Below are positions 20,201-28,180 of a stretch of DNA of 39,041 nt, in pieces. Location of the stretch: NCBI GenBank assembly GCA_937944235.1, contig CALDYZ010000031.1, positions 1-39,041 on the forward strand, read 5' to 3'. Numbering within the stretch: position 1 is the first letter of the stretch; every line of letters begins with the position of its first letter. The DNA is from Candidatus Dojkabacteria bacterium (GTDB lineage: Bacteria; Patescibacteriota; Dojkabacteria; J137). A program made the position numbers and the translations under genes. A model generated the notes under the pieces. The model made no database searches and was not told the origin of the DNA. It worked only from the letters and a program-made list of their open reading frames with translations.

Positions 20201-20739
20201 AAAATAAAATTACTGTAGGTTACAGATACTTTTTCAAGTTGAATCATCTTGCTGACGATAAAGTACATGCAAGATCTACTGGGCCGTATACTTTAGTTAC
20301 TCAGCAACCTGTAAGAGGAAAAGCACAAAAAGGAGGTAGAAGATTTGGAGAGATGGAAGTTTGGGCGCTAGAAGCTCACGGAGTTCCTAATTTACTGCAT
20401 GAAATGCTCACAATTAAATCAGATGATGTAGTAGGTAGGGCTGCTGCGTATAAGGCCATAATAACAAATCAAAAAATTAATCCTCCTAAGATTCCAGAGT
20501 CGTTCTCTGTATTAGAAAAAGAGTTATTAGGCTTAGGTATTAAACTTACCAAAATTGAACCTCAAGTTGATGATAGATTTGCAGATATGTCGTTGGAAGA
20601 AATAATAGATAGTATAGGTAATGTAGATGAACGTGAATTAGAAGAGAGTTCTGACTTTGAAATAAAAAATACTGACACTGCATTTTCTGAGTCTGAAGAG
20701 TTTTCAGATTTACAGATAAGAGATGTTAATTTTGAATAG
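17218..20739 (+). CDS. rpoB: DNA-directed RNA polymerase subunit beta (highly divergent)
   Basis: NGNERVV, VRDVH..HY...CPI.TPEG, GYNYEDG, GDKL.G.HG.KG, RMNLGQ, HARSTGPY, RFGEMEVWALEA. Confidence 0.99.
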   Translation: MLGNYRLNVKRRYLNSTPVGTLEFDLLATQKQLFREFVERGFQDLFDEINPVNDYSNSIWQITFEEFIWGQPKFTFAEAQNLGQSYEAPVYSIVKLVNKKTGEIKKQKIYICDVPLMSDRASFMYNGNERVVMLQILRSEGLLLGESKASTQKNRLYSVKLMPQRGNWYEFELNKYGVMSIKLLQKRPRILLTTLLRAIGYSTDDEIRKALSDVDNGDISFVEATLEKDVTKNTEEALIDIYRKLRPEDAVSIENARNLIDLIFFNKRKFYLGKVGRYKLNKKLGINDEITLDDYLLKKKDIVNIIRLLIQLNNGHVPPDDIDSLQNRRIRGVNELLSEKMRVGVLALEKSIKDKMSTFSPDDKVTPAMFINTRPVSSAINQFFGSSALTRFMDQINILSELEVKRRVTAGGARGLTPERATFSVRDVHNSHYSKFCPITTPEGTSVGMVNQLAVYSRVNEYGFLEAPYRQVISVFKVNEDNINDPEFQNRYLDNDIKGIANKGDALTPEIVRKCVEKNIEEIYIQPFVSNKKIMYLDADDEIHHKIANYDIKIDQYGNIIDDYVYVRDGQNYTKVKLHQIDCIDVSPAQIAGLGLALIPFAGNDDPNRTLVAAKTQTQSVPLIKPEQPIIASGFEHIAAKASGRTVFAEYDGTVDYADADTVLVTYNTGKENIKRKYLAEKYVRTNQDTSFNQQVKVRTGMVFKKGDVLIDGPSTLEGELSLGVNLRVAYVVYDGYNYEDGIVISERLVKEDVLTSVHINEYSQEIRETKLGDEEITRDIPNVGESQLKNLDEEGFVRIGAHVSSNDILVGIITPKGESELTAEEKLLRAIFGEYARDVKDNSLRMPNGEHGVVIGIQVIDKAKGGKLNPGVIKLVKVWVAKKHKISVGDKLTGYHGDKGIVTKIVPEYDMPYTEDGKPVDILLGPASMIRRMNLGQILETHLANIAKQKNEFLVVEPFSRYETKGYINEAKQMGINTDPKFTLYDPRTGEPYENKITVGYRYFFKLNHLADDKVHARSTGPYTLVTQQPVRGKAQKGGRRFGEMEVWALEAHGVPNLLHEMLTIKSDDVVGRAAAYKAIITNQKINPPKIPESFSVLEKELLGLGIKLTKIEPQVDDRFADMSLEEIIDSIGNVDERELEESSDFEIKNTDTAFSESEEFSDLQIRDVNFE

Positions 20740-20766
20740 TTCTTTTTATTTTTAAGTAACCATCAA

Positions 20767-23700
20767 ATGATAAAAGATTTTAAAGCTCTAAAGATTTCTA
20801 TAGCTTCTCCAGAAGAAATATTAGCAATGTCTCATGGGGAGGTTACTAAAGCAGAAACTATCAATTACAGGACTTTTAAACCCGAGCCGCAAGGCTTAAT
20901 GGCTGAAGAGATTTTTGGTCCTAGCAAAAATTTTGAATGTTATTGTGGCAAATACAAAAAAATAAGGTATAAAGGGATTGTTTGTGATAGGTGTGGAGTA
21001 GAAGTGACTCACAAGCGAGTACGAAGAGAGAGAATGGGACATATAAAACTGGCAGCGCCGGTTGCTCATGTGTGGTTTTCTAACGGAATACCAAACAAGT
21101 TATCTTTAATACTAGATATAACACCAAAAAAATTAGAGGCTATTGTTTACTACACTAGGTACGTAGTTACTGAAGTAGACCAATCAGCTAAAAAAGATAT
21201 TTTGAATAGTCTGCCTGATTTAAAAGCTCGTGAAATAGAAAAAGTAGACCAAGAAGCGGGTTCCAGGATATTAGAGATAGAGAATCAGTATGCTCAAGAA
21301 GTCGAAGAAATAAAAAAAGCATTCAAAGATAAAAAAAAGATTGATCTACAGTTAGTTACATTAGAAAAAAATAAAAATGAAGAAATAGCCAAAGTAAAAG
21401 CTGCCGCTAAACAAAAATTAAATACTCTTGAATCGAAATTTTCAAACATGAAGTCATTAATTGAATCTATTGAACCAAGGTCAACTTTATCAGAAGAGGA
21501 CGTACAACTATTGGATGAGTACGATCTTTATTTCTACAACACAGCAATGGGAGCCGAGGCATTGAAAGAAATTTTGGAGAAAATAAATTTAGATGATGAA
21601 ATTTCGGCTTTATCGAATGAATTAAACAAAACAAAGACGGATCTTAAAAAAATGAAGTTAATACAAAGATTGAGATTGTTAAAAGGTATGAAGAGGTCGG
21701 GAATAAGACCAGAATGGATGATATTAACTGTATTACCTGTCATTCCTCCAGACTTAAGACCAATAGTCCAGCTTGCTGGGGGCAGGTTTGCTACTTACGA
21801 TTTGAATGACCTATACAGAAGAGTTATAAATAGAAATAACAGGTTGCAAAGGTTAATAAATTTAGGAGCCCCTGAAATTATTTTGAGAAATGAGAAAAGG
21901 ATGTTACAAGAGGCGGTTGATTCTTTATTAGATAATAATCATAAACCTGGATCACCAGCTATGAGTTCAAAAGGTATTCCTTATAAGTCGCTTTCTGACA
22001 TGTTAAGAGGTAAACAAGGTAGGTTTAGACAAAACCTGTTAGGCAAGAGAGTGGATTATTCAGGTAATGCAGTGATAGTGCCTGGTCCAGAGCTAAATTT
22101 TGATCAATGTGGTATCCCAAAGGTTATAGCCCTAGAACTATTTAGACCTTTTATTTTAAGAGAACTTATACTGAGAGGTCACGCTCAAAATCCTACAAGA
22201 GCCAAATATATGTTAGAAAATCATGAAGATGTCGTTTATGACATTTTGGAAGATGTCATTAAAGGGCGACCAGTCTTGTTGAATCGAGCTCCAACTTTGC
22301 ATAAACAATCTATACTTGCTTTTTATCCAGTTTTAATTGAAGGTAATGCTATCAGGCTACATCCGATGACTTGTACTGGTTTTAATGCCGATTTTGACGG
22401 AGATCAAATGGCAGTTCATTTACCTTTGTCTGAAGAAGCTGTTATTGAGGCAAAAGAGAAGATGTTTCCAGTTAGTAATATTTTAAATTTAAGAGACAGT
22501 TCACCGATAGTGAGTGTGCAAAAAGACATGGCATTCGGTATATATTTTTTGACAAAAATGAATGAGCACAATGCAGAACAGAAGTATTATTTTAGCTTAG
22601 ATTCTTTGATTGCGGACTACTATAGGGGGAACATTAAGTTTTATACATGTCAAAAGGTTTTACACAAAGGAGAGTTAATATTGACATCTGCGGGACGAGC
22701 GATATTCAATAGCGCATTGCCAGATGATTTTGGATATGTTAATAAGACATTGAGTAAGTCAGATATCTCTAAAATATCAGCTGAGTTGTTTGATAGGTTT
22801 GGTAGTACGGTAGCAATACAAACTTTAGACAAGATAAAAAATCTTGGTTTCCAGTATGCAGGTAAATATGGGTTTTCGGTTGCGATGGATGAGTTTGATT
22901 TTGGATTAGACGATCAAATAAAAAAATTATATGAGGAATATGAAAAAAAATATGATTTCTATTCAAAAGATAGAGATGAGGGTTTTTTAACTGCTGCAGA
23001 AACAAAGCGGTTACAGAAGCAAGCTTGGGTCGAAACTGCTGAAAAGGTTCAAGAGATAGTATGGTCCAAAGCACAAGAAATAGGTACAAATTTTTTGGAT
23101 ATTCAAATGTCAGGAGCAGTACCTACAAAAGAGTACGTAAAAAAGATTTCTGGTACTGTAGGTGTGATTACTGATCCCACTGGTGGAATCGTAGATTTAC
23201 CGATGAAAAATAATTTCTATCTTGGAATGAGTAATTTTGAATATTTTGTAGCTGCTAAAGGAGCTAGAAAAGGTTTTGCTGATGTGGCATTAAGGACTGC
23301 TGACTCTGGTTACTTAACTAGACGTCTACATGAGTTAGCTCAAGATGTTATAACTATTCAACATGATTGTGGTACTGTAGAGGGGATAAAACTCTACAAA
23401 AAAGAGAAAAGAAGTATGAATTTTGCTCAAAGAATAAGAGGAAGGTACGTAACTCAAGATGTGGTTGGTACTGGTGGTAAGATTTTGGTTAGGAAAGGAG
23501 ATTTAATAAACAAGACGCTAGCATCTGAAATAGCAGAAGATGATGGGATAGAATTCGTTGAAGTGAGATCTCCACTAAAATGTAAAACACCTCACGGTGT
23601 GTGTACTAAGTGTTATGGCCAAGACAATGGAACAGGGCAGCTGGTTAATCTTGGGGTTGCAGTTGGTACTATTGCATCCCAATCTTTAGGAGAACCTTCA

Positions 23701-24621
23701 ACCCAGTTAACACTAAAATCAAAATCTGATGCAAGAGCAATGAAGACTGATGTAACACAGGGACTACCAAGACTCGAAGAATTGTTAGAAGTTAGAGATC
23801 CAAAGAGTCAGGCTACATTGTCAGAAATTTCTGGTAAAGTCGCCATTGTCAATGTAAAGGGCAAGATAAAAGTTAGAGTTACGGGAAATAGGGATGATGT
23901 ATTTGTTATTGATGTTAGTGAATATGATGTTAAGGTAGTGAACAGAGAAAAGGTTATTAAAGGGCAATTAATAGCAGTTAGTAATAAGAAAGAAATTTTA
24001 AGTCAGTATGATGGAATTGTGGAAATAAATGATAATAATTTATGCATAAGATATTCAATAAAAGATGAGGTAGAATATGAGGTTGACAACATAATAAATG
24101 TTTGCGTAAAAGATGGAGACATACTGGAGAGAGGTGATCCTATTACTTATGGATCTTTAAATCCAAAAGATCTCATGATTTTAAAAGGGGTAGAAGCAGC
24201 TCAGCGATACATAATTAATGAATCGCAAGCGATATACGGAGGAAATGGTATTGACATTGATGATAGACATTTAGAGATAATCTTGAAACAGATGACGCGC
24301 TTTGCTGTTGTTACGGATGGAGGTGATTCTGAGTTATATTACGCCGGTGATTACGTTGACAAAATAGATATAGCTCAGGAAAATAATAGGTTAAGTGCCG
24401 AAGGTAAAAAAACTATAGCTTACAGAGAAGAGATATTAGGTATTTCTAATGCAGCTTTGAAGACAGAAAGTTTCTTAGCAGCTGCGTCGTTCGAACAGCA
24501 GGTAAGGGTATTGACAGAGGCAGCGATACTGGGTAAAATAGACACATTACGTGGGTTAAAAGAGAACATAATAATCGGTAAGCCAATTCCTCTTGGACCT
24601 TATGTAGTTGAAGTTAAATAA
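20767..24621 (+). CDS. rpoC: DNA-directed RNA polymerase subunit beta-prime (divergent trigger loop)
   Basis: Zn ribbon (C.CGKYK...CDRCGVEVT), GKQGRFRQNLLGKRVDYS, NRAPTLH, NADFDGDQM, TADSGYLTRRL, SFLAAASF. Confidence 0.99.
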   Translation: MIKDFKALKISIASPEEILAMSHGEVTKAETINYRTFKPEPQGLMAEEIFGPSKNFECYCGKYKKIRYKGIVCDRCGVEVTHKRVRRERMGHIKLAAPVAHVWFSNGIPNKLSLILDITPKKLEAIVYYTRYVVTEVDQSAKKDILNSLPDLKAREIEKVDQEAGSRILEIENQYAQEVEEIKKAFKDKKKIDLQLVTLEKNKNEEIAKVKAAAKQKLNTLESKFSNMKSLIESIEPRSTLSEEDVQLLDEYDLYFYNTAMGAEALKEILEKINLDDEISALSNELNKTKTDLKKMKLIQRLRLLKGMKRSGIRPEWMILTVLPVIPPDLRPIVQLAGGRFATYDLNDLYRRVINRNNRLQRLINLGAPEIILRNEKRMLQEAVDSLLDNNHKPGSPAMSSKGIPYKSLSDMLRGKQGRFRQNLLGKRVDYSGNAVIVPGPELNFDQCGIPKVIALELFRPFILRELILRGHAQNPTRAKYMLENHEDVVYDILEDVIKGRPVLLNRAPTLHKQSILAFYPVLIEGNAIRLHPMTCTGFNADFDGDQMAVHLPLSEEAVIEAKEKMFPVSNILNLRDSSPIVSVQKDMAFGIYFLTKMNEHNAEQKYYFSLDSLIADYYRGNIKFYTCQKVLHKGELILTSAGRAIFNSALPDDFGYVNKTLSKSDISKISAELFDRFGSTVAIQTLDKIKNLGFQYAGKYGFSVAMDEFDFGLDDQIKKLYEEYEKKYDFYSKDRDEGFLTAAETKRLQKQAWVETAEKVQEIVWSKAQEIGTNFLDIQMSGAVPTKEYVKKISGTVGVITDPTGGIVDLPMKNNFYLGMSNFEYFVAAKGARKGFADVALRTADSGYLTRRLHELAQDVITIQHDCGTVEGIKLYKKEKRSMNFAQRIRGRYVTQDVVGTGGKILVRKGDLINKTLASEIAEDDGIEFVEVRSPLKCKTPHGVCTKCYGQDNGTGQLVNLGVAVGTIASQSLGEPSTQLTLKSKSDARAMKTDVTQGLPRLEELLEVRDPKSQATLSEISGKVAIVNVKGKIKVRVTGNRDDVFVIDVSEYDVKVVNREKVIKGQLIAVSNKKEILSQYDGIVEINDNNLCIRYSIKDEVEYEVDNIINVCVKDGDILERGDPITYGSLNPKDLMILKGVEAAQRYIINESQAIYGGNGIDIDDRHLEIILKQMTRFAVVTDGGDSELYYAGDYVDKIDIAQENNRLSAEGKKTIAYREEILGISNAALKTESFLAAASFEQQVRVLTEAAILGKIDTLRGLKENIIIGKPIPLGPYVVEVK

Positions 24622-24639
24622 TTTGTAATAATTTTATTA

Positions 24640-25095
24640 ATGGCAAGAATATCACAATTAGTTAGAAAACCAAGAAAATCAAAGACTAAATTGGTTAGGT
24701 TTAAAGGTATAGATTTTAAAGAAAGTGTAAAGTATAAAGCATTGTATTTTAATTATAATGGAATAGAGAATACTTTTTATAAGAAGCCATCGCCTTTTAA
24801 AAGAGGAATTTGTGTCAGAGTATATACTCAAACACCAAAAAAGCCTAATTCTGCTATAAGAAAAGTTGCGAGAGTTAGGTTGTCCAATAGACAATTTGTA
24901 ATATCCTATATACCAGGTGAAGGACATAACTTACAGGAACATTCAGTAGTTTTAGTTAAAGCTGGAAGAAAACCTGATCTACCCGGTGTAAAGTATCAAA
25001 TAGTCAGAGGCGTTTACGATGCATCTCCTGTTGATAAAAGAAGGCAAGGAAGAAGCAAGTATGGTAGGTCTAAACCAAAAGACAATCAAAAATAA
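24640..25095 (+). CDS. rpsL: 30S ribosomal protein S12
   Basis: [40 protein letters not shown]. Confidence 0.98.
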   Translation: MARISQLVRKPRKSKTKLVRFKGIDFKESVKYKALYFNYNGIENTFYKKPSPFKRGICVRVYTQTPKKPNSAIRKVARVRLSNRQFVISYIPGEGHNLQEHSVVLVKAGRKPDLPGVKYQIVRGVYDASPVDKRRQGRSKYGRSKPKDNQK

Positions 25096-25134
25096 TACTA
25101 TTAAATAGTAATGTTGCATATTAATTAACTACTT

Positions 25135-25626
25135 ATGAGATCAAGAAAAGTAATTTATAGGACCCCAAAAAAAGATCATGTGTACGGAAGTGAATTAGTT
25201 GAAAAATTGATCAATTACGTAATGAAGAATGGTAAAAAATCGTTAAGTAGATCAATAGTTTATAAAGCACTTGAAGAACTTGGTAAAGCAGTCAAAAAGT
25301 CACCGCTAGAGGCTTTGGAGGTGGCTATAGAGAATGTCAAGCCCAAAATTGAAGTTAGGTCAAGGAGAGTAGGTGGCGCAAATTTACAAGTTCCAACGCC
25401 AGTAACGCAAAGAAGACAACTCTCTCTAGCAATGAGATGGATAGTTAATTTTGCCAGAACTAACAGAGTTAATACAGAGTATTGGTATTCATTAGCTAGA
25501 GAACTAATCTCTGCATATAATAAGGAAGGTGCCTCTTACAAGAAAAAAGAAGAGGTTCACAAAATGGCCGAGGCTAACAAGGCATTTTCACAGTTCGCTT
25601 TAATTGAAGATAAGTCTTTGCAATAG
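25135..25626 (+). CDS. rpsG: 30S ribosomal protein S7
   Basis: INYVMKNGKKS, EVRSRRVGGANLQVP, KKKEEVHKMAEANKAF. Confidence 0.98.
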   Translation: MRSRKVIYRTPKKDHVYGSELVEKLINYVMKNGKKSLSRSIVYKALEELGKAVKKSPLEALEVAIENVKPKIEVRSRRVGGANLQVPTPVTQRRQLSLAMRWIVNFARTNRVNTEYWYSLARELISAYNKEGASYKKKEEVHKMAEANKAFSQFALIEDKSLQ

Positions 25627-25808
25627 ATACAAGTAATCAAATAATAGATAAATTTACTTACACAGCAATTCCTTATTTATAGTTTGTTCTAGGTTTGCAT
25701 ATCTTTTTTTGAACATTTTTTAGCTAAAAAAAGTCTGAAATTATTACTATTTTTACAAAAACAAATTAAAAAAAGTACGTTACTGGCTGGAGAGATCCCT
25801 TCTAAGAG

Positions 25809-26270
25809 TTATTGATTATTCTCACTATTAACTGTGTCATTTGAAACATTTGTACTGTGAGAGTCTATTACCCCAGCTTCAATTAGGTCTTTACTTGGCT
25901 CACTATAGGCCACAGTCTTTCCTTTTTTTACATTCATTGAATTTTTACCCTGTCTGCCCCTAATAAAATATAGTTTAGATCGTCTCACAGGTTCAACTTT
26001 TAAAATTTTGATAGACGATACTGTTGGTGAATAGAATGAAAATATTTTTTCAACACCACAACCGTTGCTTATCTTTCTTACTGTGAAAGTTTTATTAACT
26101 CCACTTCCTTTTATGGCTATCACTAAGCCGTTAAACTTTTGAATTCTTGATTTGTTACCATCCCTTATTATCGTATCTACAGATATAGTATATCCGACTT
26201 TAATCTCAGGAAAAATCTTTTTATAAACTTCTTGTTTATCTGTAAATTTCTTAATTAGTGCAGTGTTCAT
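25809..26270 (-). CDS. rplS: 50S ribosomal protein L19 with C-terminal extension
   Basis: G...RIQKFNGLVIA, TFTVRKISNGCGVEKIF..YSP, VRRSKLYFIR. Confidence 0.96.
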   Translation of the reverse strand: MNTALIKKFTDKQEVYKKIFPEIKVGYTISVDTIIRDGNKSRIQKFNGLVIAIKGSGVNKTFTVRKISNGCGVEKIFSFYSPTVSSIKILKVEPVRRSKLYFIRGRQGKNSMNVKKGKTVAYSEPSKDLIEAGVIDSHSTNVSNDTVNSENNQ

Positions 26271-26284
26271 AATAGTATAATAAA

Positions 26285-26488
26285 CTATCTTCTTCTACTA
26301 AATTTCTTGTTTTTTACTATTGATACAGTTCCAAATTCACTGCTAACCGTAAGTTTGTATCTACCTTTAATTCTTCTTCTTCTTAGAACCTTTTTGCCAT
26401 CAGAAGTTGAGTTGCGCTTCATAAAACCAAATTTCCGTATTCTCCTGATTTTACTAGGTTGATAGGTAGGTCCTTGTGTCTTAGCCAT
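26285..26488 (-). CDS. rpmH: 50S ribosomal protein L34 with C-terminal extension
   Basis: [40 protein letters not shown]. Confidence 0.95.
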   Translation of the reverse strand: MAKTQGPTYQPSKIRRIRKFGFMKRNSTSDGKKVLRRRRIKGRYKLTVSSEFGTVSIVKNKKFSRRR

Positions 26489-26513
26489 AATTATTGTTTA
26501 TAATGCATTTAGC

Positions 26514-26542
26514 ATTATATATTTTATGCTTGGAAAAGTCAA
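26514..26542 (-). promoter_or_regulatory. Sigma-70 promoter for rpmH-rplS
   Basis: TTGACT-17 nt-TATAAT on the minus strand. Confidence 0.75.
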
Positions 26543-26549
26543 AATAATT

Positions 26550-26578
26550 TTGCAAATAATATCGAACTTAATTATACT
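26550..26578 (+). promoter_or_regulatory. Sigma-70 promoter for ORF 26621, back-to-back with the rpmH promoter
   Basis: TTGCAA-17 nt-TATACT. Confidence 0.6.
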
Positions 26579-26620
26579 AATAAACAATAGTAGTGGCGCT
26601 ATTCATCAGTTTTTATTTAA

Positions 26621-28024
26621 ATGGCAGAGGAAAAAACTAACAATACATCATTATTTTTTAGCGAAGATTTTGATAATAGTAAGAAACAAAGTGAGAAAGA
26701 TTCAATTTCATTGCAGTATCAGCTTAAAAATTCTACTTTAATTAATTTGATTTCATCCAAATATTTTTATTTTTTCCTCGGCATAGTATCCATTTTACTG
26801 ATAATCATAGGTGGTGTAATTTTATCAAATGTATTTTTATCTGGTATACCAGTAAATTACTCATACAATAAAAACAAATTTTTGAATACTCAGGAGGAGA
26901 CAGTCTATATCTATGAAGAGAAGATTGACAATGCTGTCAATCCGGAATTTTCCTTAACACCGGTTAAACAAAAGATACATGTACCGAATGACTTTGTCTA
27001 TTTATTAGGTAGTAATTCTTTACTAAAAGGATCAAGTAAAATATATAAGATTTTTCCTCAAAGTCAGCAAGTTTATTTTTCATCTGGCAAAAATATTGTA
27101 GATTTTTTGATCTACGAAAATGAACTGATGATTTATGTATCACAGAACCAACAATTTCAACAATTATGGTTCAGAGATGAATCATATGAATCGATTTTAC
27201 TCTATACAACGGATTCAAATGAAAGAGTTTTATCTTTTGTAATTGATTTTAATAATTTATCTGTATTTTTTCTATCCGTAAAAGACTCAATAATCACATT
27301 AAACAGAATCGACAGAAGTATCAATCACAAATCTGTAAAAATTTTAGGCAGTTTATCGACCAGATCTAAAATTACTGAAATTGACAATGATGAAGTTTAT
27401 ATTATAGATGAAGAAATTTGCTATAAAATGCCTTTAAAAGATCTAATTTTGAGTGAAGTTGCTTGCGAAAAAACAAAAAAACATCTGGGAGAAAAGGTTT
27501 TTAAAATCAGGCCAAAGTTAAGGAATAACTATACGAGCAATGATGGCTCTGTAATACAAATGTACAATCCTGACATCGACAGTTATGTGAACTTATTCAA
27601 TGCACCTCAAGGAGATTTATATATTCAACAATTTTTAAATAATAACAAGATTTTGTTATTAAAATATAAATTTCAATTTAATGCTTATTTAAATAGATTT
27701 GATCCAATTTGGCAGTCTTTTGTATTATTTGACTATAATGCCAAGTCATTGCAGAACTTGGCTAGTTCATTACCAAAGTCGAATTCAGTACTTGAAAACA
27801 TAAAGATCTTTCATGTTGTTGATAGCTTATACGCGATTGATTTAAATGTTACAGACAAATTGTATAGGTATGATCCTAATAATGCAGTTTCGAATTTATC
27901 CTTACCGTCTACTTCCTTATCTCAATCTCAACACACAAATAGCCACTGGTTGGAAATAGATTTTATCAATGCAGAGAATTATGAGAAATTAACTGTGTTT
28001 GATCCTGTAAAAATATTTATATAG
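26621..28024 (+). CDS. Single-TM hypothetical protein with a large beta-rich external domain
   Basis: 467 aa; TM about aa 48-73, followed by repeated short beta-strand patterns (possibly propeller-like). Confidence 0.75.
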   Translation: MAEEKTNNTSLFFSEDFDNSKKQSEKDSISLQYQLKNSTLINLISSKYFYFFLGIVSILLIIIGGVILSNVFLSGIPVNYSYNKNKFLNTQEETVYIYEEKIDNAVNPEFSLTPVKQKIHVPNDFVYLLGSNSLLKGSSKIYKIFPQSQQVYFSSGKNIVDFLIYENELMIYVSQNQQFQQLWFRDESYESILLYTTDSNERVLSFVIDFNNLSVFFLSVKDSIITLNRIDRSINHKSVKILGSLSTRSKITEIDNDEVYIIDEEICYKMPLKDLILSEVACEKTKKHLGEKVFKIRPKLRNNYTSNDGSVIQMYNPDIDSYVNLFNAPQGDLYIQQFLNNNKILLLKYKFQFNAYLNRFDPIWQSFVLFDYNAKSLQNLASSLPKSNSVLENIKIFHVVDSLYAIDLNVTDKLYRYDPNNAVSNLSLPSTSLSQSQHTNSHWLEIDFINAENYEKLTVFDPVKIFI

Positions 28025-28180
28025 CTTGACGTGTTTATATGACAATTTTGAGGTTATTTGTTGTGGGTAACCTATCTAAATTTACTTAAAAGATATAAAA
28101 CTCAAGTGCTTACATCATTTTTAGTGTTTTCAGAATAAATTCAAAAGATATTAATTTCTAATAAATTCAGATGAAAATTG

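Noticed and set aside
17218-24621. Inteins or introns in rpoB/rpoC
   Set aside because: No C/S...HN splice motifs or homing endonuclease inserts, and subunit lengths are ordinary.
25775-25808. GC-rich patch after rplS as a riboswitch or small RNA
   Set aside because: Only weak pairing, it lies between convergent genes, and it matches no motif I recognise.
26526-26741. 71 aa ORF overlapping the start of ORF 26621
   Set aside because: It starts within the divergent promoter pair and overlaps the long ORF out of frame.
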